Positions 1 to 10,497 are shown, numbered from the stretch's first letter. The stretch: DNA of 64,000 nucleotides from Promethearchaeota archaeon (GCA_048939625.1 JBHLPH010000010.1:9943-73942); one strand, 5' to 3'. Numbers and translations are program-made. Notes: a model not told the origin generated them from the letters alone.

Positions 1-558
1 CCTACTCCAACAACCACAGAACCCTCTGAAACCCCTGAAGCTGCGGATATTGAAATTATTGAAGAAGAGCTACCTATCGAGGAAGCTTCATCAATAGAAG
101 AGTTTGTTGACGAAAGCACTGAACCAGTCCCCGAACCAACTCCTGCACCTACTCCAGAATCAGTTCCGAAAGAAGTTCCTTCCGAAGAGGAAAAACCTGC
201 TCCTGAAGAACCGAAGGCGAAGCCCAAGGCCAAATCCAAAGAGGAACCTGAAAAAGCCCCAGAGAAACCGAAGGCGAAGCCCAAGGCAAAGAAGAAAGAA
301 GTAGAAAAAGCGAAGCCGAAGGCGAAGAAGGAAAAAGCCGAGACGAAGCCTAAGGCGAAACCGAAGGCGAAGAAAAAGGCTGAACCCAAAGAAAAGGCAA
401 AGAAAGAGAAAAAAGCCGAATCTAAGGCAGCCAAGAAAGAAGAAAAACCAAAAGCGAAAGCCATGACCAGCAAAGCTGCTGAGAAGGAAAAGAAGTCGAA
501 ATCCAAGGAAACCAAAGCAAAGGCTTCAAAATCCAAGAAGGAGTCTTCGAAGAAGTGA
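1..558 (+). CDS. rps3: C-terminal low-complexity tail of 30S ribosomal protein uS3 (partial)
   Basis: Frame 1 open from the window start to TGA 556-558; Pro/Glu-rich then Lys/Ala-rich (KPKAKPKAK repeats). uS3 identity inferred only from position directly upstream of uL29. Confidence 0.7.
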   Translation, partial: PTPTTTEPSETPEAADIEIIEEELPIEEASSIEEFVDESTEPVPEPTPAPTPESVPKEVPSEEEKPAPEEPKAKPKAKSKEEPEKAPEKPKAKPKAKKKEVEKAKPKAKKEKAETKPKAKPKAKKKAEPKEKAKKEKKAESKAAKKEEKPKAKAMTSKAAEKEKKSKSKETKAKASKSKKESSKK

Positions 559-578
559 GATGAGGAGGCGAGTGGGGT

Positions 579-812
579 ATGGCATTACTGAAAATGAAAG
601 AAATTCGGAGTATGACTGTTGAAGAACGAGATCGAAAGCTCGATGAACTCAGGGCTGAACTTGCCAAACAACGCGCTGCAATGTTATCTGGCGCTGGAAT
701 GGAAAATCCAGGGGTCATTCGGGGTATTCGAAAAAACATTGCTCGGATTCTTACTGTAAACAATGAAGAAGCGCGGAAAGCTGCTGCTGAAGGTCTAGGA
801 GGTGGCGAATAG
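579..812 (+). CDS. rpl29: 50S ribosomal protein uL29
   Basis: EIRSM...ELRAEL...NPG.IRGIRKNIARILT; S10-cluster order. Confidence 0.95.
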   Translation: MALLKMKEIRSMTVEERDRKLDELRAELAKQRAAMLSGAGMENPGVIRGIRKNIARILTVNNEEARKAAAEGLGGGE

Positions 813-814
813 CA

Positions 815-1096
815 ATGCAGTATACCTCTCGGTTAGCACTTCGCCCCCTCATTGGTCTATCTGCTATAGTAAAGCAGGCAACAAATCCTACACTCCACCG
901 AATTACCGGTGTCATTGTGGATGACACTCAGAATATGCTGACACTCTTTGATGGTCATCGAACCCGCCACGTTCCCAAGACCTCAAGTCTGTTTGAACTG
1001 TCTTTACCAAATGGTGAGACAGTCGAAATTCCCGGGAAGGCTCTTTTAGGGCATCCCGCAGAACGCTTAAGGAGGGCGAAAAAACTACAATGGTAG
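815..1096 (+). CDS. rnp1: RNase P protein Rpp29/Pop4
   Basis: LIGL...GVIVDDTQNML...VPK...FE...G..L.GHPAERL; between uL29 and uS17. Confidence 0.88.
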   Translation: MQYTSRLALRPLIGLSAIVKQATNPTLHRITGVIVDDTQNMLTLFDGHRTRHVPKTSSLFELSLPNGETVEIPGKALLGHPAERLRRAKKLQW

Positions 1097-1434
1097 CTCG
1101 AAATATCGGCTTAAAAGTCACTCCACCCGAACAGGAATGTGAAGATCCTAATTGTCCATTTCACGGAACTCTGCCTGTTCGTGGTCGGGTCCTTGAAGGC
1201 GTGGTAGCCAGTACAAGGATGAAAGGCACCATAACGGTTCGCCGTGAGTACCTCCGATTTATCAAGAAATACAAACGATACGCACGCAGTCACTCAATGA
1301 CAGCGGCCCATCATCCCCCTTGTATTCCTCTTGAGGTAGGAGATACTGTTCGAATCGCCGAATGTCGACAAATCAGTAAGACGGTATCCCATGTCGTTGT
1401 CGAACGAATCAAAACCAAGGAGGCAACCGAATAA
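1090..1434 (+). CDS. rps17: 30S ribosomal protein uS17
   Basis: CEDPNCPFHG.L.VRG, KYKRY, IAECRQISKT. Confidence 0.97.
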   Translation: MVARNIGLKVTPPEQECEDPNCPFHGTLPVRGRVLEGVVASTRMKGTITVRREYLRFIKKYKRYARSHSMTAAHHPPCIPLEVGDTVRIAECRQISKTVSHVVVERIKTKEATE

Positions 1435-1856
1435 TGGTCAAACGAGGAAAGAAGACCGCAGGCGTAGCTCGAACACGAATTAGTCGCGGGCTTCCCACTG
1501 GCGCCCGCCTCATCGTCGCAGACAACAGCGGTGCCCGAATCGTCGAAATTATCTCAGTCATTGGCTGGCATGGACGCCTTCGCCGACAACCCGCAGCTAG
1601 CGTTGCGGACATGGTCGTGGTCTCCTGTAAAGCAGGAACCCCCAAAATGCGACGCCAAGTCCTTCGCGGGATTATCGTCCGACAACGCCGACCATATCGC
1701 CGAAAAGGTGGGCAATGGATTCGCTTTGAAGACAATGCCATCGTCATCACCTCAGAAACAGGTGATCCCCAAGGGTCAGAAATCCGTGGACCCATTGCTA
1801 GAGAAGCCGCTGAACGCTGGCCCCGAATTGCCAGCGTAGCAAGCATCATCGTTTAG
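1434..1856 (+). CDS. rpl14: 50S ribosomal protein uL14
   Basis: ADNSGA, RFEDNA, GSEIRGPIAREAAERWP. Confidence 0.97.
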   Translation: MVKRGKKTAGVARTRISRGLPTGARLIVADNSGARIVEIISVIGWHGRLRRQPAASVADMVVVSCKAGTPKMRRQVLRGIIVRQRRPYRRKGGQWIRFEDNAIVITSETGDPQGSEIRGPIAREAAERWPRIASVASIIV

Positions 1857-1869
1857 GAGTCGAACAAAA

Positions 1870-2256
1870 ATGACCTCACGAAAACCCAAGAAACAACGTA
1901 AAGCCCGATACACCGCACCTTGGCATCGTCGCCACAAACACCTCACAGCGAAGCTTGCTCCTGAACTAGTGGATAAACACGGCATCAAACGAATTCCAGT
2001 TCATACAGGAGACACCGTCTATATTACTCGTGGAGCGTTCCGTGATTCCGAAGGCGATGTCCTTGAAATCGATATGAAGAACCTCAAACTGAGCATCGAA
2101 AACATCACCATCGAAAAAGTGGATGGCTCAGCGGTTCCTTTTCCCATTCGCCCCGAGAACGTCATGATCACCAAACTCAACATCGACAAGACTCGTCAAG
2201 CCGTCATTGATCGTAAAGCGGCAGCACGAGCAGAACTCGAAAGCAAGGAGGATTAG
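1870..2256 (+). CDS. rpl24: 50S ribosomal protein uL24
   Basis: SRKPKKQRK..Y.AP.H; KOW GDTVYITRG; PENVMITKL. Confidence 0.96.
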   Translation: MTSRKPKKQRKARYTAPWHRRHKHLTAKLAPELVDKHGIKRIPVHTGDTVYITRGAFRDSEGDVLEIDMKNLKLSIENITIEKVDGSAVPFPIRPENVMITKLNIDKTRQAVIDRKAAARAELESKED

Positions 2257-2260
2257 AACC

Positions 2261-3001
2261 ATGGCAAAAGGTCCAAGAAAACACATGAAACGATTGGCTG
2301 CACCTGGTCACTGGCAAATCAAACGGAAAGTTCGTCCCTTCACTATACGTGCCAACCCAGGATCCCACGCACTACACGAAGGCATCCCGTTAGGTGTAAT
2401 CATCCGTGATATGCTTAACCTAACCACAACCCTCGCTGAAACTCGACGTGTCCTCGCTCAAGGTCATGTGAAAGTCGATGGAAAAATTCGCAAAGACTAC
2501 AAATATCCCGTTGGGCTCATGGATGTCATTCAGATTCCGACATCGAAAACACGAGTACGTGTCGTCCCAGATTCTCAACACCTTCTGCAACTCTATAATA
2601 TTGCAAAGAAAGAACAGGACATCAAACCCTGTAAAATTACAAGCAAGAACACGGTGGCAAAAGGGAATATTCAACTCCATCTCCATGATGGTCGAACAAT
2701 CTTACTCGAAGTGAAAGATCCCAAGGCTAAGCCCAAGATACCCTACAAACCAGGTGACACCGTGCTCATCAAAGTCCCCGATCAGACCATTCAGGAACAT
2801 ATCCCACTCAAGGAAGGTATCATCGCTGTTATCACAGGTGGCGATCATACAGGAAACGTGGGTAAACTTACGAAAATCGACACAGAAAACCGCTTGGGTA
2901 CCATCAAAACCGCCGGTGACAAATCCATTCTCACCGCGATTCGGTACGTATTCCCCCTCGGTAAAGATGCACCTTTGATTTCCATTCCGGAGGCTGGCTA
3001 A
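2261..3001 (+). CDS. rps4e: 30S ribosomal protein eS4
   Basis: GPRKHMKRLAAP, VDGKIRKDYKYPVGLMDV, QLHLHDGR; ATG 2261 follows a GGAGG SD. Confidence 0.96.
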   Translation: MAKGPRKHMKRLAAPGHWQIKRKVRPFTIRANPGSHALHEGIPLGVIIRDMLNLTTTLAETRRVLAQGHVKVDGKIRKDYKYPVGLMDVIQIPTSKTRVRVVPDSQHLLQLYNIAKKEQDIKPCKITSKNTVAKGNIQLHLHDGRTILLEVKDPKAKPKIPYKPGDTVLIKVPDQTIQEHIPLKEGIIAVITGGDHTGNVGKLTKIDTENRLGTIKTAGDKSILTAIRYVFPLGKDAPLISIPEAG

Positions 3002-3003
3002 TC

Positions 3004-3660
3004 ATGTCAACAGCAAAGAAAACATCATCATCAAAAAGCACAACAAAGCGGACAACATCAGCGAAAGCTACAACTGAAGCTTCAGCTGCCAAGCCAGCAA
3101 AACCTGCCCCCAAACAGAAAGCGAAAAAAGACAACGTAATGCGACAAATCTTCATTTCCAAAGTTGTTGTCAACATGTCCCTGGGAACCGCGGGCGAACC
3201 CCTAGCAAAAGCTAAAACAATTCTCGAAGAATTGACGGGACAAAAACCCACAGAAGTGCTAGCAAAACGCACCAATCGGGATTTTGGCCTCCGACAAGGC
3301 GAACCCATGGGATGCAAAGTTACCCTACGCGGAGAAAAAGCAAAGGAATTCGCTAAACGCGCCTTAGATGTCTCTGATTTCCAAATTCCAATCAGCGCGA
3401 TAGATCACGCAGGCAACGTCAGTTTCGGAATCTCCGAACACATACAGATACCTGGCGTCAAATACGACCCGAACCTAGGTATCTTCGGCATGGATGTCTG
3501 TATCTGCACCGAACGCCCCGGATTCCGCATAAATCGTCGACGTCGGGCACGCCACAAGGTTCCACGCCGTCATCGGATTACACCCGATGAAGCCATGACT
3601 GTACTCTCATCTGAGTTGGGAATTCAATTTACCCGACCAGAACTGGAGGATGAATACTAA
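3004..3660 (+). CDS. rpl5: 50S ribosomal protein uL5 with Lys/Thr/Ala-rich N-terminal extension
   Basis: KVVVN, LEELTGQKP, GCKVTLRG, YDPNLGIFGMDV. Confidence 0.97.
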   Translation: MSTAKKTSSSKSTTKRTTSAKATTEASAAKPAKPAPKQKAKKDNVMRQIFISKVVVNMSLGTAGEPLAKAKTILEELTGQKPTEVLAKRTNRDFGLRQGEPMGCKVTLRGEKAKEFAKRALDVSDFQIPISAIDHAGNVSFGISEHIQIPGVKYDPNLGIFGMDVCICTERPGFRINRRRRARHKVPRRHRITPDEAMTVLSSELGIQFTRPELEDEY

Positions 3661-3809
3661 TGTCAAAAGAGAAGAAACAGGGTAAAGGTCACCGCACGTG
3701 CAAACGCTGCGGAACCCACCGTGCAATCATTCGAAGCTTCAATATTGGATTATGCAGACGATGCTTCCGAGAAGTAGCCGAAGAGCTCGGATTTCGGAAA
3801 TTCAGCTAG
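3660..3809 (+). CDS. rps14: 30S ribosomal protein uS14, zinc-binding type (49 aa, below the ORF-track cut-off)
   Basis: Manual translation [49 protein letters not shown]; ATG overlaps the uL5 stop. Confidence 0.96.
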   Translation: MSKEKKQGKGHRTCKRCGTHRAIIRSFNIGLCRRCFREVAEELGFRKFS

Positions 3810-3816
3810 AGGTGAA

Positions 3817-4215
3817 ATGGTAATGACTGTAAAGAATCCATTAGCAGATGCGTTTTCAACCATCATGAATCACGAAGCCCTTCGAAAATCCGAGGTTATC
3901 ATCGCCCCTGCATCAAAGAAAATTGGGGCCGCCTTGCGCATTATGCAACGCATGGGCTATGTCGGTGAATTCGAATTCATCGATGATGGAAAAGCCGGAA
4001 TGCTCCGAGTGGAACTGTTAGGTCGGATTAACCAATGTGGTGTAATTAGTCCACATCATCCAGTCAAACGAACTGCCTTCGAGGAATGGGAGAAGCGCTT
4101 TCTGCCTTCCCGAGCATTTGGGTTTCTCATCGTTTCAACACCCAAAGGCTTCATGACACATCGTGAAGCCATTGAACAAGGTCATGGAGGACGCCTCATC
4201 GCTTACGTTTACTAA
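3817..4215 (+). CDS. rps8: 30S ribosomal protein uS8
   Basis: [40 protein letters not shown]. Confidence 0.97.
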   Translation: MVMTVKNPLADAFSTIMNHEALRKSEVIIAPASKKIGAALRIMQRMGYVGEFEFIDDGKAGMLRVELLGRINQCGVISPHHPVKRTAFEEWEKRFLPSRAFGFLIVSTPKGFMTHREAIEQGHGGRLIAYVY

Positions 4216-4235
4216 CCTCTGGAGCGGATTAAGAA

Positions 4236-4799
4236 ATGCCACCAAAAACAACTCACTTTGAAAGAACGACTCCAATCCTGGAAGGCACCGAAGTCAGTAT
4301 TGAGAATAAACGTGTGACCGTGAAAGGTGAAAAGGGTGAGCTCGTCCGTGACTTCAGTCACGCTGATGTTGAAATCAAAAAGTCGCGTAACGACATCGTC
4401 GTCTCTGTAGAATATCCACGAAGTCGTCAAATCGCATTAGTTGGCACCGTTCTGTCACATATCAAAAACATGATGCTTGGTGTAACCTATGGGGTCACCT
4501 ACAAGATGAAAGTGGTCTTTGCTCACTTTCCCCCCTCAGTGAAAGTAGAAGGCGATCGGCTCATCATCGAAAACTTCTACGGCGAAAAAGCCCCACGCCG
4601 CGCCAAAATTCCGCCTGGAGTGACCGTGACCGTTCAAGGTGATGATGTCATCTTAGAAGGCATTGATATTGAACTCGTCGGACAAACTGCCGCCAACATC
4701 CAGCGTTCCACGAAACTCCGACGAAAAGATCCCCGCAAGTTCCATGATGGAATTTACGTATTCGAAAAACAACTAGGTGAACGTCACTGGAAGATTTAG
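4236..4799 (+). CDS. rpl6: 50S ribosomal protein uL6
   Basis: VKGEKGEL, AHFP, NFYGEK, VGQTAANI, KDPRKFHDGIY. Confidence 0.97.
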   Translation: MPPKTTHFERTTPILEGTEVSIENKRVTVKGEKGELVRDFSHADVEIKKSRNDIVVSVEYPRSRQIALVGTVLSHIKNMMLGVTYGVTYKMKVVFAHFPPSVKVEGDRLIIENFYGEKAPRRAKIPPGVTVTVQGDDVILEGIDIELVGQTAANIQRSTKLRRKDPRKFHDGIYVFEKQLGERHWKI

Positions 4800-4820
4800 C
4801 CGAAACGGATGTGACCAGCT

Positions 4821-5267
4821 ATGAGTAAGAGTAAACGAATCAAAAAACTTCAACGTGAACTCAACAAGAAGCGTTTACACAATCAGCGTAAGCCTAAATT
4901 CCGTCGTCCGGAGAGTTGGCGATATAAGCGCCTAGATACCGGTTGGCGGCGACCTAAGGGAATTGACTCCACGATTCGGAAACGTGAGAAGAGTCAGCCC
5001 AAAATGCCTACCATCGGCTATCGCAGCCCTACCAAGCTTCGAGATTATCATCCGTCTGGCTATAAAGAAGTCATCGTTCACAATCTTCAGGAAATGGAAG
5101 GATTACATCCCAAAATCCATGTGGTTCGCATTGCCCACCGAGTGGGTGATCGAAAGCGCTTAGCCATCATTGACCGCGCAGATGATCTTGGTCTCCGTGT
5201 ACTGAATCCCCAACTGAAATCCGAGGTTCGCGAACTCCTTGACCTCGAAACTGAGGAGATCCTCTAG
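4821..5267 (+). CDS. rpl32e: 50S ribosomal protein eL32
   Basis: KPKFRR.E, WRRPKGIDS, PTIGYRSP, HPSG. Confidence 0.96.
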   Translation: MSKSKRIKKLQRELNKKRLHNQRKPKFRRPESWRYKRLDTGWRRPKGIDSTIRKREKSQPKMPTIGYRSPTKLRDYHPSGYKEVIVHNLQEMEGLHPKIHVVRIAHRVGDRKRLAIIDRADDLGLRVLNPQLKSEVRELLDLETEEIL

Positions 5268-5281
5268 AAGGTGAAGAAGAA

Positions 5282-5731
5282 ATGAATGTCAGTACCCAAC
5301 GTGAATTGGCTGCTCGAATCCTCAAAGTCGGAGTTAACCGGGTCTGGATAGATCCAGACCGGCTTGATGATGTAGCGTTAGCTATACGTCGTGATGACAT
5401 CCGGAAATTAATCCACGAAGGCGCTATCCGCAAGGTTCCAATTCAAGGTGTCAGCCGAGGACGAGCTAAGGTCGTCCATGAAAAACAAAAACGTGGCCTT
5501 CGCTCAGGTCCCGGCAGTCGAAAAGGTAAGCGAACTGCCCGACTCTCAAGCAAAGAAAGTTGGATGATTAAAATCCGGGCAATACGCCTACACCTCAAAA
5601 AACTACGAGCTAGACGCATTATCAAACCACGGGATTACCGACGATTATACCGGCTCTCAAAGGGAGGAGTATTCCCCTCAATCCGACGAGTCGACATGTA
5701 CATTCAAGAAAATAAAATGAAGAGGCGATAA
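5282..5731 (+). CDS. rpl19e: 50S ribosomal protein eL19
   Basis: QRELAARIL, RVWIDP, GPGSRKG, LYRLSKGG.F. Confidence 0.96.
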   Translation: MNVSTQRELAARILKVGVNRVWIDPDRLDDVALAIRRDDIRKLIHEGAIRKVPIQGVSRGRAKVVHEKQKRGLRSGPGSRKGKRTARLSSKESWMIKIRAIRLHLKKLRARRIIKPRDYRRLYRLSKGGVFPSIRRVDMYIQENKMKRR

Positions 5732-5734
5732 AAT

Positions 5735-6343
5735 ATGGCACACGGACCACGATACAAAGTTCCCTTTAGACGGCGCCGAGAAAGCAAAACCGATTATCAT
5801 GCACGACGACGCATGGTCGGTTCTGGACGACACCGGCTAGTTGTCCGAAAGACAAGTACACGAATTATTGTCCAAGTAATGGAAGCCCTACCGGAAGGAG
5901 ACCGCTGCATAGCTGTAGCTGACTCGCGGCAACTCAAAAAATTTGGGTGGCGGGCAGGAGTAAAAAATCTTCCAGCAGCTTATCTTACCGGTTTCCTCGC
6001 CGGTCATCTAGCTCTGAAATCGGGAACGAATGCAGCGATAGCCGATATTGGGTTAACTCAACCCATCCCTGGCTCTCGGGTGTTCTCGGCAGTTAAGGGT
6101 GCAATTGATGCTGGGCTCGCTGTTCCATGCTCGGATAAAATGTTTCCCAAAGACAAACGCATTCGAGGCGAGCACATTGCCAACTACGCCAAGGACTTGA
6201 GTGAAAATCAACCATCCAGCTTCCAACGGCAATTCGGAAAAGTGTCTAAGGGACGAGTAGAGCTCACTCAACTCCCCAACATGTACGATACAACCAAGAA
6301 GAGTATTGAATCGAATTTCACTCGCGGGAGGTCAACGAAATGA
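5735..6343 (+). CDS. rpl18: 50S ribosomal protein uL18
   Basis: [36 protein letters not shown]. Confidence 0.97.
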   Translation: MAHGPRYKVPFRRRRESKTDYHARRRMVGSGRHRLVVRKTSTRIIVQVMEALPEGDRCIAVADSRQLKKFGWRAGVKNLPAAYLTGFLAGHLALKSGTNAAIADIGLTQPIPGSRVFSAVKGAIDAGLAVPCSDKMFPKDKRIRGEHIANYAKDLSENQPSSFQRQFGKVSKGRVELTQLPNMYDTTKKSIESNFTRGRSTK

Positions 6344-6999
6344 GTCGCTCTCGTCCACAACGTCCACGACAATTCGAAATCGATGAATGGGAACCAGTCA
6401 CCAAAGTCGGACGTCAAGTAAAAGCTGGTGAAATTACCTCTCTGGAGGACCTATTCCAACTCGCTTTACCCATTAAAGAACCTGAAATTATTGACGTCCT
6501 CCTCCCTAATCTGCAAGAAGAAGTCATTGACATCAACTTGGTGCAAAAGCAAACCGATGCCGGGGAGAAATCCCGATTTAAAGCCACAGTTATAGTAGGC
6601 AATGAAAACGGGTTTGTGGGTATTGGTGAAAGTAAAGCTCCAGAAATTGGTCCTGCCATCCGCAAAGCCATCCTTCGGGCGAAGCTAAACCTTATCTCGG
6701 TTCGCCGTGGATGTGGAAGTTGGGAATGTGGCTGTAACGATCCCCACTCGGTTCCATTTGAGGTAGATGGAAAAACCGGAAGTGTTCGGCTCAAACTTAT
6801 CCCTGCACCCAAGGGTGTTGGATTGGTAACGGCTGACACCATTAAAGTCGTCTTACGACTTGCCGGCATTAATGATGTGTGGTCTCGAACCCGCGGGCAT
6901 ACCCGAACAACCCTTAACTTCGCCCATTCAGTCTTTCGAGCACTGAAAAAAACCAATCAAATTATGACACCACAAGATTGGACACGGAGAGACGAATAA
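6340..6999 (+). CDS. rps5: 30S ribosomal protein uS5
   Basis: [37 protein letters not shown]. Confidence 0.97.
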   Translation: MSRSRPQRPRQFEIDEWEPVTKVGRQVKAGEITSLEDLFQLALPIKEPEIIDVLLPNLQEEVIDINLVQKQTDAGEKSRFKATVIVGNENGFVGIGESKAPEIGPAIRKAILRAKLNLISVRRGCGSWECGCNDPHSVPFEVDGKTGSVRLKLIPAPKGVGLVTADTIKVVLRLAGINDVWSRTRGHTRTTLNFAHSVFRALKKTNQIMTPQDWTRRDE

Positions 7000-7000
7000 C

Positions 7001-7495
7001 ATGGCAACAGAGGCAAACAAGACTCATCCACTGCTTGCAGTCATTCGGATACGTAGTAGCATTGGATTACGTCAAGAAACCAAGGATACCCTTTCGTTGT
7101 TAAGCCTGTCCCGGGTTAATCATGCTGTAATTCTCGATAAGCGCCCGACCTTTCTAGGAATGCTCCAACAAGCCAAGGATGCACTTACCTGGGGTGAAAT
7201 TGATGCCCCCACATTATCCCGTCTACTTCGAAAGCGAGGTCGATTACTTGGTGATAAACCGGTTACAGATGAGTATGTGGCAAAGCATTCTCAATACAAG
7301 ACCATTGATGAATATGCCAAAGCCCTTGTCTCGAAAAAAGAGGAAACCTTAGCACTTCCAAAATTGAAGAAAGTCTTTCGGCTTCATCCACCTTCCAAGG
7401 GCTTTCATGGAAGTCTTAAACGCACAATTCAACAAAAAGGAGAACTAGGATATCGCGGTGAGGATATCAACGCCCTCCTCAAACGAATGTCATAA
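7001..7495 (+). CDS. rpl30: 50S ribosomal protein uL30
   Basis: AVIRIR, TWGE, RLHPPSKGF, GELGYRG.DIN.LL.RM. Confidence 0.95.
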   Translation: MATEANKTHPLLAVIRIRSSIGLRQETKDTLSLLSLSRVNHAVILDKRPTFLGMLQQAKDALTWGEIDAPTLSRLLRKRGRLLGDKPVTDEYVAKHSQYKTIDEYAKALVSKKEETLALPKLKKVFRLHPPSKGFHGSLKRTIQQKGELGYRGEDINALLKRMS

Positions 7496-7527
7496 GAGGA
7501 CTGATACGGAAACAGGAAGGACAAATT

Positions 7528-8067
7528 ATGGCTGAAGATGACGATCGCCGAAAGCGCAAACGCTGGTGGGACGATGAATCCACCGATGCTCAATTCGAAG
7601 CTCTTCAACGCATGTTCGAAGAAATCATGAAAATGTTCTCTGATGTAAATCCTGAAGACATGTTTGGACCCGATGCCCAACATCAGCTTGAAGAGATTAT
7701 GAAACAATTGGAAAAGAACCCCATGGTATGGGGCTTTTCTGCTGGCATCGGCCCAGACGGCAAGATGCGCTTAAATCCCTTTGGCAACTTAAAACCCGAA
7801 GGTGCTCCTCCTGCCGTTCGCTCTGAACGCGAACCCCTCATTGATGTCCAGGAACAAGAAGACAGCATCATAATCATCGCCGAACTTCCTGGCGTCAAAC
7901 ATGATGAAATCAATATCAAAGTAACAGATTATGCGGTAACTCTTCAGGTTGAATCCAAGGATCGGAAATATGCGAAAAACATCGATCTTCCAGCTCCAAT
8001 TGATATCGACCAAGTTACCTCGAATTATAACAACGGCATCCTTGAAATTCAACTTCAAAAACGGTGA
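7528..8067 (+). CDS. hsp20: Archaeal small heat shock protein Hsp20
   Basis: GFS..IGPDGK...FGN, REPLIDV, AELPGV, NYNNGILEI alpha-crystallin motifs. Confidence 0.92.
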   Translation: MAEDDDRRKRKRWWDDESTDAQFEALQRMFEEIMKMFSDVNPEDMFGPDAQHQLEEIMKQLEKNPMVWGFSAGIGPDGKMRLNPFGNLKPEGAPPAVRSEREPLIDVQEQEDSIIIIAELPGVKHDEINIKVTDYAVTLQVESKDRKYAKNIDLPAPIDIDQVTSNYNNGILEIQLQKR

Positions 8068-8074
8068 AATGAAT

Positions 8075-8773
8075 ATGGCACAACGGAAACCCAAGAAGGT
8101 CCGGAAACGTCGTGGCTACCGTCAGCATGGATATGGACGAATAGGTCAACACCGCAAAGGTGGCCAACGGGGTGGTAAAGGTAAAACCGGTGGCAAGAAA
8201 CATGACTGGACCTACGTCACCGCCCATGATCCCAATCGCTTTGGAAAACATGGGTTCCATCGTCAAGACGAGCTCCGTCAATCACACACGACTATTAATG
8301 TTGGAGACATTGTCCGAAATCTCTCCCACTTCACAGAGGGCAAGGCCTCCACTAAAGCTGCTCCTATCTCTATCGATCTAGCTGCTCATGGTTATGATAA
8401 AGTGCTTGGTGCAGGTCGAATCAGTATTCCCCTCACTATTTCTGCCCCGCTTTTCACTCACCGAGCCGCGGAAAAAATTAAGGCTGCGGGAGGGAAAATC
8501 AAAGGGACTGTGCAGGATCCAACCAAACACACGGCGCCTTCTTTGCGAGAACCTCCGAAACCTTCACCAAAACCAAAAACCGCACGCGTTACTAAACCTA
8601 AAGTTAAACCCAAGAAAGCAATCAAGGCTAAGTCCAAGTCTGCAACCAAAACGAAACCGAAATCTAAGGCAAAGACTACAACGAAAAAAGCTGCTTCAAA
8701 AGCGAAGTCTAAATCAGCTTCGAAACCAAAAGCGAAACGAGCGACAGCTACAAAAGGAAAAGCGAAGACCTGA
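8075..8773 (+). CDS. rpl15: 50S ribosomal protein uL15 with ~80-aa Lys/Ala-rich C-terminal tail
   Basis: HGYG..GQHR.GG.RGG.G, FGKHGF, KVLG.G, KI.AAGG; ATG 8075 follows a GGTGA SD. Confidence 0.95.
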   Translation: MAQRKPKKVRKRRGYRQHGYGRIGQHRKGGQRGGKGKTGGKKHDWTYVTAHDPNRFGKHGFHRQDELRQSHTTINVGDIVRNLSHFTEGKASTKAAPISIDLAAHGYDKVLGAGRISIPLTISAPLFTHRAAEKIKAAGGKIKGTVQDPTKHTAPSLREPPKPSPKPKTARVTKPKVKPKKAIKAKSKSATKTKPKSKAKTTTKKAASKAKSKSASKPKAKRATATKGKAKT

Positions 8774-8854
8774 ACCAAAACATAATTAAACTGCAATTAC
8801 CTCCGCAGTTCAACTTCGACACGGATTTATTTAGAATATTGTGGGGCAAAAGGC

Positions 8855-10390
8855 ATGAGTCGATTTCTCAACGCGCTGCGTCCATTGATTCGTATCATGC
8901 CTGAGGTCAAGGCACCTGACCGGAAGGTTTCCTTCCGGGAAAAAGTAATCTGGACAGCTGTAATCCTCGTTCTCTATCTGATCATGGCTAGCCTGCCACT
9001 TTATGGAATTAGTCTACAACTAGGATTTGACTACTTTTTCTGGCTCCGGACTATCCTTGCCTCTTCACGTGGAACCCTCATGGAACTCGGTATCGGTCCC
9101 ATTGTGACTGCCGGGCTCATCATGCAGCTCCTCGTGGGCTCCCAGCTCATCCGCGTCGACATGTCCGATCCTTATCAGCGTTCGCTCTACACAGGCGCCC
9201 AGAAAGTCCTCGCCGTCTTAATGACCGCATTCCAAGCTTTCGCCTACATTTTCGCAGGCGCCTATGGGCAAGTTCCTTCGCAATTAAGGTACGATCAGGC
9301 TGTTCTCGTCTTTATCCAACTTATGTTCGCTGGCATCGTCGTTATCATGATGGATGAAGCTATCCAGAAAGGCTGGGGACTTGGGAGTGGTGTTAGCCTC
9401 TTCATCATGGCCAACGTTTGTACCCAAATCCTCTGGGGAATGTTTTCAATAGCACCTGCACAAAATTTGGATCTTCCCAGTGCTCCGCTTGGATTTACGG
9501 GCATCATCCCATATTGGATTCAGAACTTGGGTGGCTGGTCTGTCAATGATTGGAATCTGGGGGTCGTCTTCAATCCAGATACTAATCCTGCTGGTTTCAT
9601 CGCTGACCCTGTTACTATCTGGTTCAGACCGCAAAATCCCCGCTCTAGCATGCTCGGTCTCTTTACTACATTCATCACCTTCGTCCTCGTCATCTACATG
9701 GAATCCTACCGTGTGAATATTCCGCTTCAATACGCCCGCTATCGTGGATTCCGTGGGCAGTATCCCATCAAACTCCTTTACGTCTCCAATATCCCCGTTA
9801 TCTTTACTCAAGCCCTGTATGCCAACATCCTCTTCATCACCCAAATCCTATGGGTTCAACTCCCGTGGCTCCAAACCTCCTTTTGGTTTAACCTCATCGC
9901 TAGCTATACGGCAGCCCCTGGTGGAGGAAACTACTTGGTTCCCGATCCATACTGTTTCGTTTGGTTCCTCACACCCCCCATTGGCATCCTTTCCCTCCTT
10001 GACACTGGTGGATGGATCCGTGCCATCGGTTATGCCCTCCTCCTCATCGTCTTCTGTGCAGGTTTCGCCCGACTTTGGATTGATGTCTCCGGCATCTCAC
10101 CACGAGATGTCTCTCGCCAACTCATCGGCGCTGGCATGCAAGTACCTGGCTTCCGCCGTTCACCCCAAGTCATCGAAAAAATCCTCAATCGCTACATTCC
10201 TACGGTAGCCCTCCTCGGTGGCATCATTGTAGGTGGACTCGCCGCGTTCGCCGACTTTCTCGGCGCTCTCACCACTGGTATCGGAATACTTCTTGCTGTA
10301 GGCATTATGCGGCAATACTTCGAGTTGCTTGCGAAGGAGCAATTGGGTGAGATGCATCCAATGATGCGTGGTCTCCTTGGCGTTGGATAA
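8855..10390 (+). CDS. secY: Preprotein translocase SecY/Sec61alpha
   Basis: GTLMELGIGPIVTAG, KGWGLGSGVSLFI, PIKLLYVSNIP, GTGILL-like GIGILLAV. Confidence 0.97.
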   Translation: MSRFLNALRPLIRIMPEVKAPDRKVSFREKVIWTAVILVLYLIMASLPLYGISLQLGFDYFFWLRTILASSRGTLMELGIGPIVTAGLIMQLLVGSQLIRVDMSDPYQRSLYTGAQKVLAVLMTAFQAFAYIFAGAYGQVPSQLRYDQAVLVFIQLMFAGIVVIMMDEAIQKGWGLGSGVSLFIMANVCTQILWGMFSIAPAQNLDLPSAPLGFTGIIPYWIQNLGGWSVNDWNLGVVFNPDTNPAGFIADPVTIWFRPQNPRSSMLGLFTTFITFVLVIYMESYRVNIPLQYARYRGFRGQYPIKLLYVSNIPVIFTQALYANILFITQILWVQLPWLQTSFWFNLIASYTAAPGGGNYLVPDPYCFVWFLTPPIGILSLLDTGGWIRAIGYALLLIVFCAGFARLWIDVSGISPRDVSRQLIGAGMQVPGFRRSPQVIEKILNRYIPTVALLGGIIVGGLAAFADFLGALTTGIGILLAVGIMRQYFELLAKEQLGEMHPMMRGLLGVG

Positions 10391-10441
10391 CCTAGGGAAT
10401 TTTCCATGTATGGATATTAGGTCTGGACCTGTTGTGGGCTC

Positions 10442-10455
10442 GAAAAGCTCTTAAG
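10442..10455 (+). promoter_or_regulatory. Putative BRE-TATA promoter of the adk-EMC3-cmk unit
   Basis: GAAAAGCTCTTAAG; near-identical GAAAGGCTCTTAAG at 19036 upstream of mvk and GAAAAAGCTTTAAA at 24227 upstream of L7Ae. Confidence 0.55.
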
Positions 10456-10497
10456 GTTGTGACAGTGAGTGTGCCCGTTCAGGTGGAGGTCTGTTGA

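Noticed and set aside
190-540. Short direct repeats as a CRISPR array or mobile repeat
   Set aside because: Codon-phased repeats encoding KPKAK units, with no spacer periodicity.
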